A stretch of DNA of 64,000 nt from Zygnema circumcarinatum SAG 698-1b. Lineage: Eukaryota; Plantae; Zygnematophyceae. The stretch lies in the NCBI GenBank assembly GCA_037447605.1, contig CM074816.1, forward strand, positions 1,255,873-1,319,872. The letters run 5' to 3'. Below the pieces are notes generated by a model. That model worked only from the letters and a program-made list of their open reading frames with translations, searched no databases and had not been told where the DNA came from. The translations under genes and the position numbers were made by a program. Of this stretch, positions 1-11,467 are shown one piece after another. Positions within the stretch are counted from its first letter, which is position 1, and each line of letters opens with the position of its first letter.

Positions 1-237
1 GAGGGGGAGGGGGAGTGGGAGGGAGGGGGGAGGGGGGAGGAGAAAGAGGGCGGGAGAGGGGGAAAGGAAAGAGGAAAGGGAGAGGAAGGCAGAGGGGCAG
101 AGAGTGAGGGGGCAGGGGAGAGATGGGGGGGAGGTGAGTGGGGAAGGGGGGAGGAGGGTAGGATGAGAGGGGAATAGGGAGGGGAGGAGGGAGGAGGGAG
201 ACAGATTTGACATAGCAGGCTGATGGCTAACCTGTAG

Positions 238-521
238 TTCGCACGTGCCGGGCCGTACACCAGGACGGCATTTGCCGCGTGGCAATGGGCGCACAGGGCG
301 AGGGGGAGATGGTGGCTACCGCTGGGGCAGATTTAGAATTAGTTCCGCCAAAGAAAAACGACAAAATCAAGGTGGCGACTGGCGAGTGGCGGGGCCATAC
401 CGGGAAACTGATTCAGATCGATGTGATGGACGCCATAGTGAAAATGGACGACTGGGACGAGGACTCATCCAACGTTAAGGCCTTCGAGCTCACTGAGTTG
501 GGACGATGGGTGCCGCCCTAG
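238..521 (+). CDS. SPT5: Terminal exon of transcription elongation factor SPT5 (C-terminal KOW domain); gene starts upstream of the window
   Basis: Branch-like CTAAC and acceptor CTGTAG at 227-237. The frame reads RTCRAVHQDGICRVAMGAQGEGEMV...LELVPPKKNDKIKVATGEWRGHTGKLIQIDVMDAIVKMD...ELGRWVPP*, which matches the plant SPT5 C-terminal KOW (VPPRKSDRVKI..G..RG.TGKLIGIDG.DGIVK). TAG at 519-521. Confidence 0.85.
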
Positions 522-1717
522 AGAGGGAGGTGGGAGAGAAAGCAGGGAGAGAGTAGAGGAGGAATGGAAAGAGAGAGCGAGAGAGAGAAAGAGAGAGCGG
601 GGAGGGGAGGGGGGGAGAGAGCGAGTATTGTTTGTTAGGATGGAGAAGTGAGGTTTGGTCTGGAAGCAAGGACGAACATTCGTTGTCTGTCTCCAAAGTG
701 TAGACGGCAGGGAAGGAAGGGGCTTTAAGGTTAGGGCTTGTTTGGGGTTTTAGAGGGTCTGATTTTAAGGGTTTATGATGAAAGTGCGTAGGAGTGATGT
801 ACAGGGAAAGGAAATGCAGGGCAGTGGAAGCTACTGTTTCTGCGTTTAGGAACGAATGAAAATTTGAGGCCCTGTTTGGAGGATGGGATCGTGTTCCATA
901 TGAGCCAATGCGACGTGTGTCAAAACATGGTTATCGAAATCCACACTTTTGTGGTTTGCTTGTGCATTGAACCTTGTCGCTTGAACATGAAGGAAGAAGT
1001 TGACCGACTTTGACCACTAATGTGAGGATGGAAGCCTTGCCACAGAAGACTGCGGTTCCTTTTTCTCATCTTATCCAGTGCGGACGGAGCTTGCTAAGGG
1101 CTCTGTCTGCTGCCCCAGAATAGCACCCTCAATGAGTGTACCAAAAGTTATCCATAAATCCAAACTAATGTTTATGGACCTGTCGTGTAGGTTTAGGCCA
1201 CGCTGTTTATGTTCTTCCTAATTGGTTTTGGGATTTTGAGTATTTAGTGTAATTTCAAATTGTACTCGTCGACCCTAAACCCTAAACCCTAGTCCGACAC
1301 ACCCTCATAGACTCCACGATGAGGTACGAAAGTTTCAAAAATAATCTTCCCACAGTCACTTTCCTGATTTAAGGTTTTTCTTTATAAATGACTTTTTTTT
1401 GCCATATGTTATCGCGGGCGCGGGCACTCCCAAGGGTTCCCTCGCTGCCTGCCCGTTAGATCGGGCAAGCTAAACCCTAAAACCCTACTGCCCTGCAATC
1501 CACGGGGCTTAGCCCGGGAGGGTTTTCTACTGCCCGCTTTCCCTCCCAAGTGCGCTCAGCGCGCGAAAAAAGAAAAAAGCGACTGTCGGAACCATGGGAG
1601 CCGTCGATGGCCGTTGATCGGACGGCTGTGGTGCGGCGATGACAGCATGGCCTTTCGGGGCGCGCTCGTGGTTTGACCACGCGCCGCCGCTCCCCCTCCG
1701 CCGGCCGGCCCCGCCTG

Positions 1718-1970
1718 CTGCGTTTTGTATCGTCATATCGCCGATACGATGTGATATTTTCTATTGAAAATATTGGTAGTATCGGTTCGTCCCATTCGGC
1801 CTCTGCGTTTTGTATCGCCATATTGCCGAGATATGCTATTTGGTATCGGAAATATCAGTGGTATCGGTTCGTCCCATGCGGGTGCATCGTTTCGTATCGC
1901 CCATATCGCCGATACTAAATGTTGTTCGTATTGGAAGTATCAGCTGTATCGGTTCGTGGTATGCGGCATG
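1718..1970. repeat. Three diverged ~84 bp tandem units rich in TATCG/CGATA
   Basis: Units start CTGCGTTTTGTATCG(T/C)CATAT at 1718 and 1803, with a variant at ~1885. Each ends in GTATCGGTTCGT. Confidence 0.7.
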
Positions 1971-2635
1971 ATAATTGATCAGTATGTATCGGTTTTAGCG
2001 ATACGATATTAGATATCGAGCATTGAAGGGGTTTGTTGACGATACATGAAAACCAACAGTTCTGTGAAGTGCGCTGTTCGAGCTGCGTAACGAGATGACG
2101 TCAACAACACCGCTGAAATTTTAGTCAGAAATTTGTATTTGTGAGCATAGAACTACGGTTCCGGTGAACAGAACTGCGCGCATGGAGCCGTCAGATTGAG
2201 AGTGCAGCAGGCGGCAGTGGTTGGTGTGGCAGCAGGTGGCAGATCCCAGCGTCGCTGCATTATTGCTGCAAAAGTCTCGCCCAAAGTAAGGCGATATTGG
2301 ACGCAAATCTCTTCATAACGCTGCAGGATTCAAGATTTTGGAGCTTGTCGGGGGCAAGTTTATGAGGTGCATCGTTTGCAACGGAGGGAAATCGCCGGGT
2401 ATTGTTGCCGAAGTTAACCCTAAATCACTCTGTGGACACTACTCGTTTTGTCTCGTTGCAGTTTTCAAGCTTCTTTACTGAAAATAGCAGAAGTAATTCG
2501 ATTTATAATATTCGAGTGTAATTTTATGTAGAATGCTGCACTTGAAGCTGCAGGTTTTCCTGATCAGTGGCTTATCTTGGTCGACTGTTGCAGGTGGTCG
2601 ACTGTTGCAGGTATTGCGTTACTGCTTTAGTTCCA

Positions 2636-3376
2636 ATGGCGCCTTTTTCTTCATCCAAGCACGTTAAGGAATTGGAAGAATTGAGAAAGTGGGCTTGTGA
2701 TTTCGGAGGCGAGTGTTATTATGTGTGGGCGTTTCGAACTAAGTTGACGCTGAAATGCGAAGAGCTCTGGGAAATTGTTTCTGGAGAAGAGCCTCAGCCA
2801 GCCGATGCAGAGGAAGCTGCGGCGTGGCAGGAGAAAATGAAGTCAGCTACAGGGCACATCGTTCTTTCTATGAATACGAAACAATGTAATATTTCTATTT
2901 CTCAAATGGACTCAGACGCAAAAGAGCTTTGGGATTATATTGCAGATATCTACAAGCCCAGGGGCCGGTCAATTCATTATTCTTTGAGGCGAATGCTCTA
3001 CCACGTGAAGATGGAAGAGGGCGATTCGTTGTCGGAACATGTGAAGTTGGTGAGCGACATTGTTTCTCTTCTGAAACTTGTCGGTGCTCCATGTAAGGAA
3101 CAAGAAGCTGTCGAAGTCCTCTTATACAGTTTAGCACGGCCATGTACCCATTATCGTATAATTTTAATGTGCTCCTTTGAAGATGGAACGACCAATTTTC
3201 AAGGTATCTGCGCCTTTCTCATTAGTGAAGGAAAGCGAATCGCTGAAGAGAAACGAAGGCGTAAGGCGGACGAGCTTGCCGCAGACATCTGTTACTATTG
3301 TAATTCACCGGGTCATTGGGCGAGAAATTGCAAGAAAAAAGCGGTTGATTTGAAAAAGTCAGAACAGGTGTATTGA
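2636..3376 (+). CDS. Stand-alone Ty1/copia Gag-like protein (UBN2/Retrotran_gag_2-type capsid region plus CCHC zinc knuckle), 246 aa, no pol
   Basis: Uninterrupted ORF from ATG 2636 containing YYVWAFRTKLTLKCEELWEIVSG, AKELWDYI, LRRMLYHVKMEEGDSLSEHV, LLYSL and the knuckle CYYCNSPGHWARNC (Cx2Cx4Hx4C). It stops 14 codons after the knuckle and no protease/integrase/RT follows. Confidence 0.8.
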   Translation: MAPFSSSKHVKELEELRKWACDFGGECYYVWAFRTKLTLKCEELWEIVSGEEPQPADAEEAAAWQEKMKSATGHIVLSMNTKQCNISISQMDSDAKELWDYIADIYKPRGRSIHYSLRRMLYHVKMEEGDSLSEHVKLVSDIVSLLKLVGAPCKEQEAVEVLLYSLARPCTHYRIILMCSFEDGTTNFQGICAFLISEGKRIAEEKRRRKADELAADICYYCNSPGHWARNCKKKAVDLKKSEQVY

Positions 3377-4152
3377 ATGTCGACAAAGCGTCCCCTTTGA
3401 ATTTGATTACATGTTACGAGAACGATATCTTCTAGGCAGTAGCTTAGAAGCTATTGGAGTAGGGATGCGGCAGCTGAAGCCCTTTGCAATTGGTAGGAGT
3501 TGACGCAAAAAATGAGAGGAAAAGAGAGGAGGAGAAAATGAGAGAGAAAATTGTTCCTGAACATACTAGAAGTCGGTGGACTGTTGTTAGTCCGAATGTA
3601 AAACCCTTGAACTTGCGAAAACATTTCAGCTCTCCCTTCCCCCCCCCCTTCTCTCTCCCTCCTTTCACCCTCGTGCTCTTCCTCTCCTTACCCTCGCGAA
3701 TAGCGAATTCACAATGTAGAGAGCATAGTGAAGATCAAAATCAAAGGTTTCCAAACATGCTATGAGTTCTTGACATAAACAATAAAGAATCGTTGTGGAT
3801 TTAATTGAACCTCGTTTGTTAAGGGTACTTTTGATGGTACTTTTGAGTGAGATGAAAGGAAAATTAAAGGGATCCCCATATCTTCCAAACATGGATATGG
3901 AACAAACATTTAACATGCACATATGACACATTCCATGCGTCCACGTGGCACATCTACTCCTCTCACCTTTCCTACGCCCTCTCCCTCTTCCTTCCTCCTC
4001 TAATGCGCATCATCTCATCCATAGAGACTTCACTGTTCTGTTGTTTCCACTATATACATCCCTTTTTGTTTCCACTATGTACATCCCTTGCGAAGATCCC
4101 CTTCTCTCATCCCTGCAGCCTCGGGCTATTCTCTCCCCTCTACTTCTGTACC

Positions 4153-5215
4153 TCATACCTTCTCTCCTCTTTCGGTCCCTCCCTCCCTCCCACCTTCCCC
4201 TCCGGCACACCTTCTAGTTTGCTTCCAATTGTCATCGTCCTTCGAAACATTTCGAGCAGCCGCACGCTGAGCCCGTGAGGCAAAGCTGCCCTTCTCTACA
4301 CCGCCCCCGTGAGCACGTGCCTCCGCGCTCTGAATCGGAAACAGAGAAAAAAATCAGAACGCATTAGACTGCATACTCCACCTCATTGAACCGTCAGACG
4401 GAGCAGCCACAGGAAGAACTGGATAATGTTCGGCATCCAGCGGCCCTTACACTGACCACGAACACTACAGTACCAAGATTGTGACTGACTCTTCCTCCCT
4501 CCTTTCCCCCGCCTCCCTCCCTCTCCTCTCTCCCACTTGCCATTCCCATGTTGAGTACGACGCCGCAAGCTACTGACCTGAATCCGAGCAGCCTCTTCAG
4601 GTGTCATCGGATTCTTGCTGCTCTTGTCCCCTCCGCCGCCGCTCTGTCATGTACAAAACGGAGTAAATAACTTTGTATCAAATCATATATTAGCCAGGGG
4701 GCAGAGGGGAAGGGTGGGTGTGTGCGGCGGGGGGGGGAGGCCGAAAGGGAGGGAGGGAGGGAGGGAGGGAGGGAGGGAGGGAGGGAGGGAGGGAGGTAGT
4801 ATGGGAGGCAAGGATTCATGTACCACCCCACCCACGTCACTTCTCCTCAAGAATCACACCATCGCTCCAATACACTCTTCTTAATCCAGAAAAATATTAA
4901 GAAGAAAACTAAGCCAAGAAACCACAGCCTGAAAGCCCTTCACAATCCTCTGACGGTGCTCCAATTCTACTGCTTCAGTTTCAGTTACGCAACTGCGGCC
5001 ATGGAACCACTCACCCCAGAAGCCCCTTTGCCAGCGCTGTCCTGCCACCCACTTCCCCCTCCTCCGCCGTTCCCCTCCGCCTCCATCAGGAAGCGAGGAG
5101 AGGTCGTCATAGTTTTCCGCCCCATTCCGACAATTGGCTGAGTGGAGACAGGAGGGAGCCATTGCAGGACACCGCCGCGAAGGTGACTGACTTGCAGACT
5201 CAGCCCCCTCCTCAT
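4153..5215 (-). CDS. SMP-domain / LEA-like small hydrophilic protein, copy A; exons 5215-5015, 4643-4578, 4329-4153
   Basis: Three phase-0 exons with GTGAGT/GTCAGT donors and CAG acceptors. They join to MRRGLSLQVSHLRGGVLQWLPP...GKGASG|SGGGGDKSSKNPMTPEEAARIQ|SAEARAHGGGVEKGSFASRAQRAAARNVSKDDD.... The MTPEEAARIQSAEAR..GG.VEKGSFASRAQRAA motif is the short SMP (PF04927-like) signature as I recall it. Confidence 0.8.
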
Positions 5216-5930
5216 TTTCCCGCTACAAAAATTTTTGAAGTTCTGCATATTCTCAAAAAGGTAATGCTCTCACTCTCTCTCTCCCCCCCCTCCCTCTCTC
5301 TTTCTTGCTCTCTCTCTCTCGCTCGCTCAGTCTCACACTTCCCTTGCCCTCACCCTCTCCCTATCCCTATCTCCTTCTCCCTCTCTCAACCTTTATCACT
5401 GCCGAAGCCGTTCCATGACTCGTGTGTCACGCCTTTCTGCACATCGCGACAACAAAGGGAAGCGTTTCAAGGGCGGCCTGCCACGCGCAGTGCCCGGCGG
5501 CGCATGCAGTTTGCAGCGGACTCGAGCATGGCCTCGTCGCAGACCTCTCGGCCTTTCTCGAACAGTCCCGCAAAGTGCGATTGCGCGCATGCAAGTCACT
5601 TTTGGAGACTGAGGAGACATCCGCCGTGAATGGGTGCTTGAATGGCAGTGGATGACTCGGAGTCGATGTAAGATTTAGATTTGAACCAATCCCGCGCCGT
5701 GACGCCGACAGTATTGCAAACGCGGCAAGCGTCGGTGGCGTCCGTACACTTCTAGAACCTTCCTGCCGGCGGCTTGTGAGCTGCGGCTGTAAGGACCTCC
5801 CTTTTATCGCCATCACCCCTCCTACCTTTCTCCTTCTCCTCCTCTCATATTTCTCCTCCTATTCTTTTACTTATCTGTCATTCCCTTTTAAAATTTTCAT
5901 TCCTTCGTTTTCTTTGTCCTTCTTGCGTCC

Positions 5931-7167
5931 ATGGACTCGAGCAGCAAACCAGAAAGTGGCACTTGCGATGGCGGCTCAATCTTGGGCCTTCCAATGGTCC
6001 TTTTGGTGCAAATTCTCTTCGGGGCTGTTGACGCCGATGATTTTATGAAGAGCGCTTTGCGGCTGTCAACTGTTTGCAAGGCCTTTCAAGAAGCGGTGCA
6101 GGCATTCACGGAAGCAAGTATTGGAAGCAGAACGGTGACTGCCATAAAAAAAAGGGTTCATGGAGAGGAAGCTCAGTTTCTTGAAATTGGAAAACTTGTG
6201 CGTTTAACGCCTAAGGTGGAGTCCCTTAAAGTTGTTGATTTTCCTGTTTTTCCTGCCATGATATTTTCTTGGTCGACTGTGATTGGGAGTACTCTTCGAA
6301 ATCTGTCTATCGGCAGGGCAGAAGGAAGGAGGGAGGAAGGAGGTCTCAATTGGTATCATTTCCAAGCGCTCGCCAGCTTACCGGTTCTTGAAAGCTTAAC
6401 GGCCGCGGTTGCGCTTGGTCCGGGTATAGCCAATTGCAGAGTTTTTGAAAGTGTGAAGAGGCTTCATATCTATGTAAAAAAGAAAAGGGGCTATGGAGTT
6501 TTTGCGCGCTTTCTTTGCTTGTTTCCAAATCTTGCGTTTTTGCGCTTATTCGACAATGGTGATTTGTATAGAAAACATGATTATGTGGTTGAACACGCTA
6601 ACTTGGAGGAGCTAGATGTACGTGGAAGTTATTATCATCGTTTGAAAATTACATGTCCACAGTTGAGAATTCTTAGTCTTCATGTATATGTGAAAGAGTT
6701 GGTATTCGGGCGAAACGGTTGCTTGGATGAGATCCTTTTACTCGAAGGGATCCATGACCTCAGATTCGAAATGGATTCGTTGAGAATTGAACTCCACAAC
6801 TCCATATTCCAATTTACCTTTATGTGAGGAGGATATTATTCTCAAGTTTCTTTTGAGGAGCATGAACAGTTTGGAAAAATTCCAGGTGACAAGAGACTAT
6901 GGCTTACGTTGGGCGAACGTTTGTAAGGCTTTGAAGAATAGTTTTTTCTTCCCTCGACTTGTTGAACTTACAATTTTACAAGTTTTGAAGCCTCTCGATA
7001 TACAGATGTCACGTGAGTGGCTGAAAGTCAGCCCGAAGCTTCAACATATGCGCTTCGAATTATGCTCGAAGGTATATAGGGTTGACGGCGACGGCGATGA
7101 GGCCTTCATGGAGAAGGTTGAAGAATTAGAGAAGCTATTTCCAAGGGTTTGCTTCAGCCTTATGTGA
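5931..7167 (+). pseudogene. F-box/LRR-type gene copy A, split by a 1-nt insertion
   Basis: F-box-like N-terminus SILGLPMVLLVQILF...LRLSTVCKAF and LRR-like repeats (LRNLSI, FPNLAFLRL, NLEELDV, CPQLRILSL). ACC TTT ATG TGA at 6816-6827 aligns to ACC TTA TAC AAG in copy B. Removing one T at 6819-6821 fuses ORFs 5931-6827 and 6787-7167. Confidence 0.75.
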
Positions 7168-8271
7168 GATAGCAAGATGACAAACGGATCAGCATACGCC
7201 AAGTATGGGACTCTCACCTTTATAACGTGTATCTACTTTTTTGAAGAAGGAAGTAGACAAATTTGAAAGTTCCTGTTGCTTGTTCTTATGATTTTTGAAG
7301 ATTATCTCTCTGCATGTACCTGTTTAACCTATGGAATTCTTTCTTTTGTCACGTGTGTCTACTGTCTTGCCTAACTCACCCAAGCATGATGCTTTGGTGG
7401 TCGTTGGATTCATAACAGGTGATTTTCTGGCCGTTAAGAGTTCCATGGACAGTTTTTCTGAAGGAGGCCGCACGCTTGCTTTCAATTTCTGTAAACAATG
7501 GCGATGATTCGAGACTCGGTTCAAAAGCTTACGTTTGGACTGCAGAAGTGAGGCAGATTCATGATGAATAGATCTCTTTTAGATGCGATATCGGTTCGGG
7601 TGTTTACTGGCGACATTTTAGCGCTTTTTGTGGCCTAGTTTAGGATAGTTTAGGATGGTTACAGTCGTTTAGGTATCATCAGACTGCTTTGGCCAGTATT
7701 TGGATTTTTTTCCTTTGGGCTTGGCGACGCTTTGATGTTTCCTTTGGATGTCTAGGCCACCCTCTCGAGTCTCTTCATCCCACTCTTTCTTGCCTTGGAG
7801 TGCAAGTGCCCTTCACTGCTAGTGCCCTTTCTCTATATGCTGATGCCTCATCTCTCAAAGCATGATTGTGGGTAGATTGCATTCAAATTGACTCCAAAGA
7901 AAATATACAAAGACATAAAAGCACAAAGAAATCATATCCATACAAAATACCCCTCGAAAGCCTCAAAGGCTTGAAACTACATTAAGAATGAACAAGGACG
8001 CACAACGTAATAGTTAAGCCCACAGCTCTCACTACCTATTTTTACAAACCCTTCTCTGAAAACAATTACTATATCCTACCATTCAATCCTGGACCATACA
8101 CCTCCTAATCCTGTCCACCTCCTAATCCTATTCATCCAAAGCAGCCACTTCCCTGTTGCACTCCTCCACGTCCTCTCGACACCTCCATGCCTCGGCGGTC
8201 ACCTTCTATGCGCTCATGGAACCCGGCCCTCAAGAGGGGCTGCGGCAGGGCGGGGCAGGACCAGCAGACAG

Positions 8272-8341
8272 GCATGGACATGAGCATGGCATGGCATGGT
8301 ATGGCATGGCATGGCTCCGCACGGCATGGCATGGCACGCAT
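8272..8341. repeat. (ATGGC)n pentamer microsatellite
   Basis: GCATGGCATGGCATGGTATGGCATGGCATGG... visible directly. Confidence 0.9.
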
Positions 8342-8424
8342 GATGGCTGACCCAGTGTCTCCGCGGTCTCAGATCCGCTCCACCTATCACGAGCACTGAC
8401 CGATCATGTCATTTCTTACAAAGA

Positions 8425-8748
8425 AATAATGGATAATGTTCGGCATCAAGCGGCCCTTACACTGACCACGAACACTACTGTACCAAGATTGTGACTGACT
8501 CTTGCTCCCTCCTTTCCCTCGCCTCCCTCACTTTCCTCTCTCTCCCACTTGCCATTCTCATGTTGACTACCCTCCCTCACTTTCCTCTCTCTCCCACTTG
8601 CCATTCTCATGTTGAGTACGAAGACAGGAGGGAGCCATTGCAGGACACCGCCGTGAAGGTGACTGGCTTGCAGACTCAGCCCCCACCTCATTTTCCCGCT
8701 GCAACAAATTTCAACGTTCTGCATATTCTCGAAAAGGTAATGCTCTCC
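8425..8748 (-). pseudogene. Deleted remnant of a third SMP gene copy (intron-2 piece fused to the 5' half of exon 1)
   Basis: 8425-8620 matches 4421-4560 and 9968-10105, with an internal ~49 bp tandem duplication. 8625-8748 matches 5146-5270 and 10680-10800. Exons 2 and 3 are absent. Confidence 0.75.
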
Positions 8749-8749
8749 C

Positions 8750-8905
8750 ATTAATGACGGAACGCGAATCGCCGAAGAGAAACGATGGCGTAAGGCGGAC
8801 GGGCCTGCCGCAAACATCTGTTACTATTGTAATTTATCGGGTCATTGGGCGAGAAATTGCAAGAATAAAGCGACTGATTTGAAAATGTCAGAACAGGCAT
8901 ATTGA
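8750..8905 (+). pseudogene. 5'-truncated second copy of the gag gene (zinc knuckle only)
   Basis: Reads INDGTRIAEEKRWRKADGPAANICYYCNLSGHWARNCKNKATDLKMSEQAY*, paralogous to 3222-3376. There is no upstream gag sequence. Confidence 0.85.
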
Positions 8906-9754
8906 ATGTCGACAAGGAGTCGTCGTTAGGATTCCACACTGAAGCTCCGCAGCGCTTTTCTTTGAAGAAATTTGTTAACATGTTACGAGAGCGTTATCCT
9001 GAGCAAATCGAGGCAGTAGCTTAGAAGCTATTGGAGAAGGGATGCGGCAACTGAAGCCTTTGCAATTGGAAGGAGTGAGTAAAAAGAGTGAGAGGAAGAG
9101 AGAGAGAGGAGGAGAGAGTGAGAGAAAATTGTTCCTGACCATACGAGAAGCCCATCGACAGTTGTTACTTTCAATGTAAAACCCTTGAACTTGGGGAAAC
9201 CTCCCACCTCTCTCTCCCCCCCTCCTCCCCCTCACCCTCTCTCTTCCTACCTTCCCCCTCTTGATCTTCCTCTCCCTACCCCCGCGAATTTATAATGTAG
9301 AAAGCATGGTGAAGATCAAGATCAAAGGTTTCCAAACATGTTTCGAGTTCTTTTCGAGTTCTTGACATTAGCAATTACGTATCGTTGTGGATTTAATTGA
9401 ACATCGATATCGAGTTGAGGTTTGTTCAGGGTACTTTTAATGGTACTTTTGAGTGAAATGAAAAGAAAATTGAAGGGATCTCCACATCTTCCAGACATGG
9501 ATATGGAACAAACACTCAAATTTCCTACACCCTCTCCCTCTCGTTCCTTCTCTAATGCGCATCATCTCGTCCATAGAGACTTCACTGTTCTGTAGTTTCC
9601 ACTATGTATAACCCTTGCGAAGGTCCCCCTCTCTCGGCCTTCCTGTCTCGGGCTATTCTTTCCCCTCTACTTCTGTCCCTCATACCTTCCTCCTCTCCTC
9701 TTTCAGTCCCTCCTCCCTCCTACCTTCCCCTCCGGCCCACCTTCTACTTTGCTA

Positions 9755-10747
9755 CTAATCGTCATCGTCAAAATCGTCATCTTCGTTCACCGGAGCATTT
9801 CGAGCAGCCGCACGCTGAGCCCGTGAGGCGAAGCTGCCCTTCTCTACACGGCCCCCGTGAGCACGCGCCTCCGCGCTCTGCATCGGAAAAAGAAAAGAAA
9901 AAATAAGGCCTAATACTGCAGACTCCATCACATTGAACCGTCAGACGGAGCAGCTACAGGTAGAACTGGATAATGTTCGGCATCCAGCGGCCCTTACACT
10001 GACCACGAACACTACAGTACCAAGATTGTGACTGACTCTTCCTCCCTCCTTTTTCCCGCCTCCCTCCCTCTCCACTTTCGACCACTTGCCATTCCCATGT
10101 TGCGTAAGACGCCGCAAGCTACTGACCTGAATCCGAGCAGCCTCTTCAGGTGTCATCGGATTCTTGCTGCTCTGGGCCCCTCCGCCGCCGCTCTGTCATG
10201 TACAAAACGGAGTAAATAACGTTCTATCAAATCATATATTAGCCAGGCGGAAGAGGGGATGGTGGGGGTGTCNNNNNNNNNNGAGGGAGGGAGGGAGGGA
10301 GGGAGGGGAGGGAGGGAGGAGTAGGGGAGGCAAGGATTCATGTATCAACCCATCCACGTCACTTCTCCTCAAGAAATCACACCATCGCTCCAATACGCTC
10401 TTCTTAATCCAGAAAAATATTAAGAAGAAAACTAAGCCAAGTAACGACAGCCTGAAAGCCCTTCACAATCCTCTGACGATGCTCCAGTTTTACTGCTTCA
10501 GTTTCAGTTACGCAACTGCGGTCATGGAATCACTCACCCCAGAAGCCCCTTTGCCCGTCCTCCCCTGGCCCTTCCCTCCCCCTCCTCCGCCCTTCCCCTT
10601 CGCCTCCACCACGAGGCGAGGAAAGCGCTCAACGGTCGTCATAGTTTTCTGTCCCTTTCCAACACTTGGCTGAGTGGAGACAGGAGGGAGCCGTTGCAGG
10701 ACACCGCCGTGAAGGTGACTGGCTTGCAGACTCAACCCCCACCTCAT
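9755..10747 (-). CDS. SMP-domain / LEA-like protein, copy B, 132 aa; exons 10747-10538, 10192-10127, 9877-9755
   Basis: Same phase-0 splice sites as copy A. Protein: MRWGLSLQASHLHGGVLQRLPP...GKGASG|SGGGGAQSSKNPMTPEEAARIQ|SAEARAHGGRVEKGSFASRAQRAAARNAPVNEDDDFDDDD*. Confidence 0.82.
10273..10282. other. Assembly gap (10 N); others at 28108-28117, 32238-32247 and 51131-51140
   Basis: Runs of N. Three abut GGGA/CT low-complexity tracts and one separates the near-identical duplication. Confidence 0.99.
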
Positions 10748-11467
10748 TTTCCCGCTACAACAAATTTCAAAGTTCTGCATATTCTCAAAAAGGTAATGCT
10801 CTCACTCTCTCTCTTCCCCCTCCCTCTCTCTTTCTTTCTCTCTCGCTCGCTCAGTCTCACTCTTCCCTTGCCCTCACCTCCTCCCTATCCCTATCTCCTT
10901 CTCTCTCTCTCAACCTTATCGCTGCCGAAGCCGTTCCATGAGCCTCGTGTGTCACTCCTTTCTGCACAATAAAACGGAATCGCGTCACAAGGGCAGCGTT
11001 TCAAGGGCAGCCTGCCACGCGCAGTGCCCGGCGGCGCATGCAGTTTGCAGCGGACTCGAGCATGGCCTCGTCGCAGACCTCTCGGCCTTTCTCGAACAGT
11101 CCCGCAAAGTGCGATTGCGCGCATGCAAGACACTCTTGGAGACTGAGAAGACATCCGCCGTGAATGGGTACTTGAATGGCAGTGGATGACTCGGAGTCGA
11201 TGTAAGAGTTAGATTTGAACTAATCCCACGCCGTGACGCTGAAAGTACTGTATTGCAAACGCGGCAAGCGTCGGTGGCGTCCGTACACTTCTAGAACCTT
11301 CCTGCCGGCGGCTTGTGAGCTGCGGCTTTAAGGATCTCCCTCCTATCGCCATCTCCTCACCCCCCCTCCTTGTCCTCCTCTCATATTTCTCCTCCTATTC
11401 CTCTGCTTATCTCTCTTTCCTTTTAAAACATTTCTTTCCTTCGTTTTTTTTTATCTTTCTTGTCTCC

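Noticed and set aside
1440-1530. Short GC-rich hairpins (GCCTGCCCG-TTAGAT-CGGGCAAGC)
   Set aside because: No second copy or known RNA motif, and no tRNA, snRNA or ribozyme consensus recognised.
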